Program-made: the position numbers and the translations under genes
The notes under the pieces: generated by a model
What the model was told of the DNA's origin: nothing
Database searches by the model: none
What the model saw: the letters and a program-made list of their open reading frames with translations, nothing else
In this document: in pieces, positions 54,183 to 63,700 of the stretch
Numbering within the stretch: position 1 is the stretch's first letter
Layout: each line of letters starts with the position of its first letter
DNA from: a virus
Lineage: Duplodnaviria; Caudoviricetes
Length of the DNA stretch: 64,000 nt
Strand: one strand, 5' to 3'
IMG/VR virus record: IMGVR_UViG_3300030330_005745
Location: 18,949-82,948 of that record

Positions 54183-54752
54183 TCAGTCACCAAGCTCAAT
54201 CAAACGCTCAAGATACCACTGCGCTTTCTGTAAGCTCTCGATACCCCCTTTCTGCCGTTCTCGCCAAACGTACTTTGCCGCGCATCCTTTTAGGTACCCT
54301 CTATATTCTTCACGTGTTAATTGTGCTTCGATCGCTTCAATGCATTCAATGGATCCGGAAGTGTAGTGAGCGGGGTGGTTAACCGGATCGGAAGTTAAAT
54401 CGATATCTTCTTCCCAAATTTCTTTGTGTTTGGCAAGGTAAGTATCCCAAGGAGTTTCACGCTTCTCCTTGGCACTGCGCTTTTCTTCTTCGTTATCTTT
54501 TGCCCAGGGCACGGGACAGATACCCCCTGGACAGTCAGAAATTTCTTCGCTTCCTACCGGCTCAAACCACGCCTTTTCTTCGACTGGGCCATCATTTCCT
54601 CCGACGGTGCTCCCAGATCCATCAGAATCATCTTCGACTTCGGTGAGGCTCCAGCTTCCGCTCCTTCCTCCATCGACGGAATGTATCCGGTCAGTCCCGG
54701 ACGCTCCATCGATTCTGTCCCTAGATTCTTTCTTTCCATTCCCTCTTGACAT
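54183..54752 (-). CDS. DUF3310 domain protein
   Basis: DPVNHPAHYTSGSIECIEAI..GYLKG..KYVWR..KGGIESLQKAQWYLERL. Confidence 0.85.
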   Translation of the reverse strand: MSRGNGKKESRDRIDGASGTDRIHSVDGGRSGSWSLTEVEDDSDGSGSTVGGNDGPVEEKAWFEPVGSEEISDCPGGICPVPWAKDNEEEKRSAKEKRETPWDTYLAKHKEIWEEDIDLTSDPVNHPAHYTSGSIECIEAIEAQLTREEYRGYLKGCAAKYVWRERQKGGIESLQKAQWYLERLIELGD

Positions 54753-54898
54753 AATGACAATCCTCTGTTCTGGTTGTCATATAAGGGTACATCATTTTCT
54801 TGATTAGCGATTGGCTGACCGAAATCCATTTCGGAAACCATGCGACATTTAACTTCGTCTTCGACAAAAGAATCTAAGAAGCCGACTGCGTCGAGCAT
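54554..54898 (-). CDS. hypothetical protein overlapping the DUF3310 gene
   Basis: 114-aa ORF; first gene of the minus unit. Confidence 0.55.
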   Translation of the reverse strand: MLDAVGFLDSFVEDEVKCRMVSEMDFGQPIANQENDVPLYDNQNRGLSLCQEGMERKNLGTESMERPGLTGYIPSMEEGAEAGASPKSKMILMDLGAPSEEMMAQSKKRRGLSR

Positions 54899-54939
54899 GA
54901 CTATAACCCACGTTGATTTATTGCTTTTACAATAATACT

Positions 54940-55314
54940 ATGGCAAGTTTCTTTGATCCTACCTACGATCCAAGCCGCGACTCGGCGTCGTCAGGTGTTG
55001 AGGTATCTGATCTTAATCCTGAAAAGATTTACGATACAGACTTACGTCGTTTTGAAGAAGATAAACGTTCAAACGTTGAGAGCCTGAACGATAAACAAGA
55101 ACGTATTGGTAAGTTCTTCAGGGCCGCCAAGAGTGCTGGTGCCTACAGAAAAAGAGCTGGCATTGCAGAACCCACAATACGGGGCAAAACCCCCAGGAAC
55201 CCAGCGATTCTTGATGGAACAGAGTTACCCAGCATGGGGGATACTTATGGGCCTGTGGGGAGCACTAACTACCCCAACAAGCCCCAGCCGTACGCAGGTC
55301 GTCCTTACGGTTAA
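54940..55314 (+). CDS. hypothetical protein
   Basis: Start moved to MASFFDPTYDP. Confidence 0.6.
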   Translation: MASFFDPTYDPSRDSASSGVEVSDLNPEKIYDTDLRRFEEDKRSNVESLNDKQERIGKFFRAAKSAGAYRKRAGIAEPTIRGKTPRNPAILDGTELPSMGDTYGPVGSTNYPNKPQPYAGRPYG

Positions 55315-55902
55315 TTAAACCTGAGAAAACACAACATTCGGGGGTTGGTGTTGATACTTACCCTTTCGATCCTGGTAGCTGGTTTGGCACGGCTCACCAC
55401 GGTAGAACAGAAGCTGTGTAATACCTTCGTTGGCATAAATGCGGTTGAAAAGCGGAGTACAGTTGCTGATTTCCAGAGTCAGATAGCCTTCCCAACCGCT
55501 TTCAGCTGGGGTGATGTTAACCAAAATACCTGACCGAGCATAAGTAGATTTACCGACTGCTACTACAGTTACATCCCGGGGCAGCTTGAGACGCTCCATA
55601 GCAACACCTAAGCAGTAACCGAAGGGAGGCAGTAGAAAATATTGGCCCTTTTCATCTTCTAAAAGCTCTGTAGGACGGAGAATTTCAGGATTGAAATCCT
55701 TGGGATCCGATTCACCAATATCAATACGTCCAAAAACCAAGCATTGCTCAGGGGACAAACGGATGTCGTATCCATAAGAACCCAAGCCGTAACTAAGCAA
55801 CTTCTTACCGTCTTCTTCGCTAACCAACTTATCAGCGAAAGGAGCAATCATCTCCTTTTCTTCAGCCAACTGCTTGATTTCCCAGTCTGCAAGTACGCTC
55901 AT
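55315..55902 (-). CDS. dcd: dCTP deaminase
   Basis: SYGLGSYGYDIRL and GKSTYARSGILVNITPAESGWEGYLTLEI. Confidence 0.92.
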   Translation of the reverse strand: MSVLADWEIKQLAEEKEMIAPFADKLVSEEDGKKLLSYGLGSYGYDIRLSPEQCLVFGRIDIGESDPKDFNPEILRPTELLEDEKGQYFLLPPFGYCLGVAMERLKLPRDVTVVAVGKSTYARSGILVNITPAESGWEGYLTLEISNCTPLFNRIYANEGITQLLFYRGEPCQTSYQDRKGKYQHQPPNVVFSQV

Positions 55903-55935
55903 CGCAACAATTAATCGTACTTCAGTATAGGTAAC

Positions 55936-56523
55936 TCAACAAAGAATACGTCCTTTTTCTGAGTAGATATCAATGAAATTTTCGGTAGCTTTTGTTGAAT
56001 CCCCGATGGGTGGTAAATAGACCAAAAAGGATGTACACGTTTTCTTTTTACTGATGCCTTCACTTGTGTTCCGTACAAGGATCGGTGCAGTTTTTAGTAT
56101 GCACATTGGAAAATCAAATATCTTTTGTTCGTAACGAAACATGTCAGGGCAGTTTGTAAAATACAAACCTTCTTTTATTTCCCGTGCTAACCAGCAGCGG
56201 TACATTTTTCTAAACCAAACCGCATGGGAAGAAACCAACGTTGGAGACGATGCACGTGTCATTTTCCAACGATCATTTTTCTTATCCCAAAAGTAAGTGC
56301 CTCTTGGTGGAAATAAATATGCACTCCCGTGCCATTGTTGTGCATTCAACCCATCATCCGATGGCGTGAAGTATTGCGCAGCTTCGACATAAGTATTGGC
56401 AGTTTTGGAACTAGCTACGTCAAGGTCAATGCCATCCATTAAAGCGTGGGCAGCAGTGACCAGGTCGTAATTAGTAATTAATTCAATATCTTCTACACGT
56501 TTTCGAATATCTTGGATCGCCAT
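55936..56523 (-). CDS. phage N6-adenine methyltransferase-like protein with a degenerate catalytic motif
   Basis: IDLDVASS..AN..V.A..YFT..DDGL..QW.G scaffold, but LFPPR in place of LNPPY. Confidence 0.6.
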   Translation of the reverse strand: MAIQDIRKRVEDIELITNYDLVTAAHALMDGIDLDVASSKTANTYVEAAQYFTPSDDGLNAQQWHGSAYLFPPRGTYFWDKKNDRWKMTRASSPTLVSSHAVWFRKMYRCWLAREIKEGLYFTNCPDMFRYEQKIFDFPMCILKTAPILVRNTSEGISKKKTCTSFLVYLPPIGDSTKATENFIDIYSEKGRILC

Positions 56524-56909
56524 CAGGAATCAGTAACCAAGTTATAGTCAATTTCAAAATAACGCATTCCGTCAGCATCATTGATGATGTAACCCGCTTT
56601 TTCAGTAGGGTCTATCTTCTGTGCAGCAGCCAGGATACGACGGAAGCTTTCTGCAACATCACCGTCATTCTTGCCTTCACATTCTTCTTGCGCTGCATGG
56701 ATCTCTTTCAACGTCAAAAAGAACATTGAGCGTTCTTTATTTTGTGGCTGGAACACCATCACCCCCGGACCTTCGTATTCCCACATCTTCATATACTGCT
56801 GACCCATGTCACCAAGAATAAACTTGATTGTGGTGTCTAGCATCTGTGCTTTTTCCGTATCCATATCGGGGCCGATGATGGATGCCAGTAATTTTTCGCG
56901 ACGGCTCAT
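56523..56909 (-). CDS. hypothetical protein
   Basis: 128-aa coupled ORF. Confidence 0.65.
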   Translation of the reverse strand: MSRREKLLASIIGPDMDTEKAQMLDTTIKFILGDMGQQYMKMWEYEGPGVMVFQPQNKERSMFFLTLKEIHAAQEECEGKNDGDVAESFRRILAAAQKIDPTEKAGYIINDADGMRYFEIDYNLVTDS

Positions 56910-57364
56910 TTTTCTAAAAGTCCTTGACGTTGCAGTGATTCCAGTAATTTAGGCATCGGCTGATATAAGACAACCATTTTACCCAGAACTCCTCTTCTCT
57001 TTACTAATTTTCCTTCGGCATCCCGAACCTTATCAAATTCACCTGAGCGAATCAAATATTCAGCTACACAACGTAATCTACGTTTTAAAGGAAGTTCTGC
57101 TTGGGGGAATTTTCCACAGATAGTATCTGGTTCCATGTCTTGGAACGCTAGGCGGAGACGATTCGCGAGTGTCATACCGGAATTTGCGTCTTCTTCCTCA
57201 TAATTTTTTAAGTTTTCTAGGTAACGACGCAGGCAATCGTCGTCAAATGACCCCATCGGCGGTAAAAAATCCGCGATTTGCAGAACAATAGACTCAGGAA
57301 GAACCTGAGTATGGTTCTCTATAGTCACTTCTGCAATATTCACGTTTTTAAAGCGATGGGCCAT
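56906..57364 (-). CDS. hypothetical protein
   Basis: Start moved to MAHRFK, 1 nt after the upstream stop. Confidence 0.65.
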   Translation of the reverse strand: MAHRFKNVNIAEVTIENHTQVLPESIVLQIADFLPPMGSFDDDCLRRYLENLKNYEEEDANSGMTLANRLRLAFQDMEPDTICGKFPQAELPLKRRLRCVAEYLIRSGEFDKVRDAEGKLVKRRGVLGKMVVLYQPMPKLLESLQRQGLLEK

Positions 57365-57365
57365 A

Positions 57366-57779
57366 TCACAACTTGTCGGGACCGCTGGATTGGTACATAG
57401 GTGCGTAGCCTGTTCGGTAATCCTGCGGGGTAAATTCCCTGTTTTTAGCGAAAGATTCCACCAATTGGTTCCAGGGGATACGGATAACGGCCTTTTTCCC
57501 TGGATCAGGGCACGCATTAACGTAATGAATGCCTTCAACCCAGCCTTTGCTCGGGTCTTTTCGACCCAACGCCATCCAATTGCGTAAAGTTTGGTCCGAA
57601 ACATTTAATCGTCTAGCGCATTCCTCGGTTGACAGGTATTCGTCAGCGTAAGCCTGTGGGTTTAAGTAATCGGTTTCTCCGGTGGAGTAACGACTATGCC
57701 ACATAGAAGCCAGAATATTACGGATTCCCTTAAGTTCCCAAGCAATATCTTCGAATCCCTTACGGATACCGTATTTCAT
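57366..57779 (-). CDS. excisionase/MerR-like HTH protein
   Basis: YLSTEECARRLNVSDQTLRNW......GWVEGIHY. Confidence 0.75.
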   Translation of the reverse strand: MKYGIRKGFEDIAWELKGIRNILASMWHSRYSTGETDYLNPQAYADEYLSTEECARRLNVSDQTLRNWMALGRKDPSKGWVEGIHYVNACPDPGKKAVIRIPWNQLVESFAKNREFTPQDYRTGYAPMYQSSGPDKL

Positions 57780-57833
57780 AACAACAAAACCTTTTACTGA
57801 ATGCTAGCCTTTGGGAAAAGAATTCGCTTTAAA

Positions 57834-58118
57834 ATGGAAGAACAAGTTTCTCCTAGCCAACAACCAGACTTTCCACAAATTTCTCCTGAGCAGCTTACTG
57901 AGATGAAGCGTATTGCCAGAGAAAGGGCAATGCAGCAGACTTTGGCAGAGAAAATGGCCGCTCAACAACCCCAACAAGTTGTTTATGTCCGTCGTAATCT
58001 TACTGTTGCTGAGCTTGTTCTTGTTATTTTGCTTGCCTGTGGATTAGTCACTGGCGTACAATTTAGCTGGAACATCGCAACCAATGTCTTACCACGGATT
58101 GAAATCCGGATGAAGTAA
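57834..58118 (+). CDS. Gln-rich membrane protein
   Basis: RRNLTVAELVLVILLACGLVTG TM segment. Confidence 0.65.
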   Translation: MEEQVSPSQQPDFPQISPEQLTEMKRIARERAMQQTLAEKMAAQQPQQVVYVRRNLTVAELVLVILLACGLVTGVQFSWNIATNVLPRIEIRMK

Positions 58119-58172
58119 GGTATTGGACTAACGCAACTATAATTGATTTAAGGGAATTTATGTGAATAGGTA

Positions 58173-60368
58173 GTGGCTAATCGCAGGATCAGCGAATTAC
58201 AAGAGATCGCAGGTATTGACCTAGCGGAAGCCGACCTATTTACGGTGGTTAAGGTCGCTGAAGTCGACCCTACAATTAAGAATAAAAGGCTGACGGTCTC
58301 TGGAACCAAAGCGTATTTAGATATTTTTTATCTACCAAGGACTGGTGGTACGGTCAGTGGATCTGTCACGATCCAGGAAGGGCTCACTGTCAGTGGGCTT
58401 TCTACCTTATCGAGTGGTCTTAACGTCACTCAGACGGGAAACATTGATACCTTATTTGTCTCCGGTAATGCGACAATCACCGGCACGACATCAGGTACCA
58501 CCTTTACTGGTACAACGATCAATGCAACAAATATTACTGCAAACGAGCTAACTGCAACAACATTCAGCATTACAACCCTGTCAGGTGTCTCTGGTATTTT
58601 CACAGACACTGTAATCGCAACCACGGGTACGATCACTGGCGCAACAGGCGCATTTACTCGGGTTGTTGGTCAAAGTGGTGTTGTTAGTAATACTTTAAGA
58701 GTCGGTACAATCACAGGTGACTTCGGTGCATTCGGCACCGTCACCGGCGTCAATATCCTTGGTGCAACTCAGGTTTCTGGTGCTACTGTCACGGGCCAAG
58801 AAGCGGAGTTCACATCAGGCACCTTCCAAACCTTGGTTACTGATGGATTTACCACCCAAGGTGATTTAACAGTTTCGGGCACCTTTATCGCAGAGGGGTC
58901 AGGCTTCTTCTCTTCCGGTGTCAATATCACTGGTACGTTAAGTGGTACGACTGTTACCGGAACTAACGCTCAGTTTACAAACGTCACCGGCGTTAATGTT
59001 ATTGGCACCACGCAAGTTTCTGGTGCAACCGTCACTGGTGGATTAGCTAAATTCACGACCTTAACTGGTGGTACTGCAGGCTTTACAACTGTTACAGGTA
59101 CCACGGTCACAGGCAACACCGGTAACTTCACTTCGATCAATGCGATCACCGCTAACTTCACCACGGGTGTTATCCGTGAAGAATTAACGGTTACCGGAGA
59201 CGCAGACGTCAAAGGCACATTTATTGCCGAAGGTTCCGGCTTCTTCTCCTCAGGTGTTCACATCACGGGTGAGGTCAGTGGTGTCACCTTTACAGGTACG
59301 GCTGCAGGCTTTACGACCGTCACTGGAACCACAGTTACCGGCACCACAGTCAACGCTGTCACTGGTGTTTATACCACACTGCTTTCTGGCACGACCGTCA
59401 CCGGCAACACCCTGCAAGCCACCACCATCACCGGTGGCACTGCTGGAGTCACCACTCTTACTGGTGCAACCGTTACAGGTACTAACGCAAACTTTGCCAC
59501 AGGTACCTTTGGAAATCTTTTCGTCAATGTTCATACAATTACTGGCAGCCTTACCGTTTCCGGTGATTTAGAGGTTGATGGGGACGCTACCTTTGCGTCA
59601 GGCGTCAACATTACAGGAACTCTAAGCGGAACAACCGTCACGGGAACCAGTGCGCAGTTCACCAATATCACCGGTGTCACTGTTGTTGGTACCACTACTG
59701 TTTCAGGCGCCACAGTCACTGGTAATACAGGCCGCTTTACCAACGTCACAGGCGGAGCAGCAGGCTTTACGACTGTTACAGGTGCCACTGTTACAGGTAC
59801 ATCTGCACAATTTGTTGGCGGTAACTTTACGACCAGTGTTACTGGTACCACGATTACAGGTACAACAGTCAATGCAGTAACTGGTGTTTACACAACCCTG
59901 CTTTCAGGTGCCACAGTCACTGGGAATACGGGCCAATTCACAACACTCACCGGTGGTACTGCAGGCTTTACCACTGTTACAGGTGCCACTGTTACAGGTA
60001 CGTCTGCGCAGTTTGTCGCTGGTAACTTTACGACCAGTATTACTGGCACCACGATTACAGGTACAACAGTCAATGCGGTAACTGGTGTTTATACCACCTT
60101 GCTTTCTGGCGCCACAGTCACTGGAAACACGGGCCAATTCACAACACTCACTGGTAGTACCGCAGGATTTACCACCGTCACAGGAACGACTGTCACGGGA
60201 ACAACCGCAAACTTCGCCAGTGGTGTCTTCTCTGTACAAGCTTCAGGCGTGACAATTACTGGAGCGAGTGGTCTCTTTGGAACCACGTTGCAGATTAGCG
60301 GTTCCAATGTTGCTACTAACGCAACTTCAGAAGAGAACTCAATTGTGTTTGCAATTGCCCTTGGTTAA
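58173..60368 (+). CDS. Thr/Gly-rich tail fibre
   Basis: N-terminal MANRRISELQE..anchor; pentad VTGTT repeats. Confidence 0.75.
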   Translation: MANRRISELQEIAGIDLAEADLFTVVKVAEVDPTIKNKRLTVSGTKAYLDIFYLPRTGGTVSGSVTIQEGLTVSGLSTLSSGLNVTQTGNIDTLFVSGNATITGTTSGTTFTGTTINATNITANELTATTFSITTLSGVSGIFTDTVIATTGTITGATGAFTRVVGQSGVVSNTLRVGTITGDFGAFGTVTGVNILGATQVSGATVTGQEAEFTSGTFQTLVTDGFTTQGDLTVSGTFIAEGSGFFSSGVNITGTLSGTTVTGTNAQFTNVTGVNVIGTTQVSGATVTGGLAKFTTLTGGTAGFTTVTGTTVTGNTGNFTSINAITANFTTGVIREELTVTGDADVKGTFIAEGSGFFSSGVHITGEVSGVTFTGTAAGFTTVTGTTVTGTTVNAVTGVYTTLLSGTTVTGNTLQATTITGGTAGVTTLTGATVTGTNANFATGTFGNLFVNVHTITGSLTVSGDLEVDGDATFASGVNITGTLSGTTVTGTSAQFTNITGVTVVGTTTVSGATVTGNTGRFTNVTGGAAGFTTVTGATVTGTSAQFVGGNFTTSVTGTTITGTTVNAVTGVYTTLLSGATVTGNTGQFTTLTGGTAGFTTVTGATVTGTSAQFVAGNFTTSITGTTITGTTVNAVTGVYTTLLSGATVTGNTGQFTTLTGSTAGFTTVTGTTVTGTTANFASGVFSVQASGVTITGASGLFGTTLQISGSNVATNATSEENSIVFAIALG
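59760..60200 (+). repeat. 201-nt (67-aa) near-identical tandem repeat in the fibre gene
   Basis: GCAGG(C/A)TTTAC unit starts at 59760, 59961 and 60162. Confidence 0.85.
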
Positions 60369-60411
60369 AAGCCTTATAATTAAGGAAACTGTGATCTGTA
60401 TCTATAAATAA

Positions 60412-60783
60412 ATGGCCCGTTTCATTTCGGTTGTTAGGCAGAATATCGGTAGCGGGTCAGCCAATGTCACTCCCGTTATTACCGGCACTACAAATTCAAG
60501 TGGTGTTCCTGCTAATACCTATGGTGTTTTGTTGAGTGTTTTGGCTTCTAACACCAGTGCTAACGCACAGAATGTAACTGTTGAATTAGTTAAATCAGGT
60601 GCCAGTGTTACTGGTTCCTTGGTGACATCTGGTGCAATTCCTAATCAATCTTCACTTGAATTTTTGACCGGCAATAAAGTAATTGTCGAGTCAGAAGATG
60701 TCATCCGTGCGTATGCCGGTACCGGTAACGCCGTTGATATCACCGTTTCGTACATGTTGAACTCCCAAGACAACAACATCTGA
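60412..60783 (+). CDS. small beta-rich structural protein
   Basis: 123 aa; LASNTSANAQNVTV..GNKVIVES.D.I..Y pattern seen next to fibre genes. Confidence 0.65.
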   Translation: MARFISVVRQNIGSGSANVTPVITGTTNSSGVPANTYGVLLSVLASNTSANAQNVTVELVKSGASVTGSLVTSGAIPNQSSLEFLTGNKVIVESEDVIRAYAGTGNAVDITVSYMLNSQDNNI

Positions 60784-60785
60784 TC

Positions 60786-63700
60786 ATGCCTTTTATCGGT
60801 AACGTCCTTACTTCTTTTGCTGTTGAGACTGGTAACATTAATGACCAGGCTATAACAGCACCGAAGCTTAGTGCCACTGGCGGTACCAACGGTAAAGTCC
60901 TGGCGCTTGCTGCTGATCTAAGTCTCGAATGGGTCACTGCCTCGAGTGGGGCGACTGAAATTAATGGCCTGTCTGATGCTGTCACCTACGATAGTGGCTT
61001 AAGCATCGGTCTTGGCACAGGTGCTCTCGCTAACGATGACGGCACTGACAATGACAATACCGCACTTGGATATAACGCTCTTAATGCAAATACGAGTGGC
61101 AGCCTAAATGCTGGGGTTGGTTATCAAGCTTTAGCTCAAAACACTACTAGCGAAGGAAATACTGCTGTTGGTGCTAGTGCTCTTTCTGCAAACACCACTG
61201 CAGACAACAACACTGCGGTCGGCCATGGCTCTTTAGGGGCTAACACCACTGGCTCGCTGAACACTGCTATTGGTGCTGATGCACTTGGCGCAAATACAAC
61301 AGGATATTGGAATACAGCCGTCGGCAGAGATGCGCTGAAAGATCAAACAACTGCAACTTTAAACACTGCGATTGGAGACCGTGCAGGAGAAAATCACACA
61401 ACAGGAGGTTCTAATGTTTTTGTAGGTTCCACTGCTGGGTATAACACGACAACAGGTAGTGCCAATGTATTTGTAGGGCGAACTTCTGGCGAAGGAAACA
61501 CTACCGGTTCAAACAATGTATGTGTCGGCAATGGCGCAGGCAACACATATGGTGTGCTTACCCAGGTTACTTTTGTTGGCAGTGGTGCAGGTGCAAATTC
61601 ACTTGGCACCGGCGCTGTAGCTTTCGGCAGAGATGCTCATCGAAATGTAGACGGCGATTACAACACTTTTATTGGCTGGTTATGTGGTGAGGGTGCTAAC
61701 TCGGCCACTGCTACTAACAACGTTGGAGTTGGAAAGCAGAGCTTTTATGTCGTCAGTAGTGGTTCTGAGAATGTTGGGGTAGGGCGCAATACTTTCAAGG
61801 CGCTTACAACAGGAAGCGATAATGTTGCGATTGGAGATAGTGCGCTTGATGCTTGTACAACCGGAGGAAACAACGTAGCAGTCGGTAAAGATGCTGGCGG
61901 CTCTTTAACCACTAACAACAGAAATGCCTTTGTTGGATCACAAGCAGGTGCAAGCGTAACTGCAAATGACAACGCTGGATTTGGATACAACGCTCTTAAC
62001 GCAAATACGACTGGCACACAAAACACTGCTGCTGGATCGGGTGCTCTTCGATTAACCACTACCGGTAACTACAACACAGGGGTTGGTTATCAAGCTTTAG
62101 CTCAAAACACTACTAGCGAAGGAAATACTGCTGTTGGTGCGTACGCTCTTGATGCAAATACAACAGCTGCCAATAACACTGCTGTTGGTTACAACTCTCT
62201 TGGAGCTAACACCACTGGTACTCAAAACGTAGCCCTGGGTGTATCAGCTCTTGCTTCGACCCTAACCCATTCCAATAACATTGCTATTGGTTATCAAGCG
62301 ATGACCACTGCAAATGGAGCAGCTGATTCGATTGCCGTAGGCTCCGATGCATTGAAATTTGTTACTACAGGTGATTACAACGTTGCTGTTGGCAAAGACG
62401 CTCTTAAATATACAACTACTGCTAGCAACAACACTGCGGTCGGTACTAATGCTCTTGAGGCCAACACCACTGGCGCTTCAAACGCTGCCGTCGGCGCAAA
62501 CGCTCTTGATGCAAATACCACTGGCTCTAGCAACGTTGCCCTTGGGATGAATTCTTTAAGCGTTAACACTACTGCTAGCAACAACACTGCGGTTGGCAGA
62601 AGTGCGCTTGAAGTAAACACCACTGGCACCCAAAACGTTGCTGTTGGCGCCTATGCACTTGATGCAAATACCACTGCAAACGACAACACTGCGGTTGGCT
62701 ACGACGCTCTTTCTGCTGCCACAACTGGTGGCAACAATACTGCAGTCGGCAAGATTGCTCTTCAACACAACACTACAGGTATTAACAACACAGCAGTCGG
62801 TAAAGATGCGTTGGCAGCAAACACAACTGCTAATAGCAACACTGCTGTTGGCACTGATGCTCTTACAACTAGCACCACTGGTATTCAAAACACTGCTGTT
62901 GGTTTTGAAGCAGGCAAAGCTAATACTACAGGATATAACAACGTATTTGTTGGTGAAGTTGCAGGAAAAGCAAATACTACTGGCCATTCAAATACAGCCT
63001 TAGGTCGGCTTGCACTTAACCTAAACACCACCGGGATTCAGAACACTGCAGTAGGCAATGAAAGCCTGCAAAAAAACACAGCGGATAACAATACTGCTGT
63101 CGGCCATCATGCTTTAGAAGAAAACACTACTGGAACGCAGAACACCGCTCTTGGCTCTCTTGCGCTTGATGACAATATTGCTGCTAACAACAACACCGCT
63201 ATTGGCTATAAGTCTTTAGGCGCAACTAACGGCTCCAGTGCTTCACAAAACACTTCTGTGGGCAGCCATTCGATGGATGCAAACACGAGTGGTGCAGAAA
63301 ATACTGCTTGTGGTTATGACACTTTGTCTGACAACACAACAGGCTCAGGCAACGTTGCTCTAGGTGCTTATGCCCTGGCTGACAACACAACAGCATCTAA
63401 CAATACCAGTGTAGGTTATTTTTCTTTATACAAAAATACAACTGGAGGAAGTAATGTTGCGGTTGGAAGAAGTGCTTTACGCAACAACACTACTGCTTCA
63501 AACAATACTGCGGTCGGTTATGACGCTCTTAACTCAAACACGACTGGCACCGTTAATACGGCCATAGGTGTTGCTACCTTGACAGCTAACACCACAGCAA
63601 GTAACAACGTCGCGGTTGGTTATAACGCACTAAACGACAATACTACTGGCACTAAAAACACCGCTGTTGGCTCTCTTGCTCTTGATGCAAATACGACTGC

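Noticed and set aside
57365-57604. Apparent 239-nt overlap between ORFs 56906..57604 and 57366..57779
   Set aside because: An ATG at 57364 follows the upstream stop directly, removing the overlap
58345-63003. Many short Val/Pro/Thr-rich antisense and alternate-frame ORFs in the fibre genes (also 3962-5619)
   Set aside because: By-products of repetitive Thr/Gly/Asn codons
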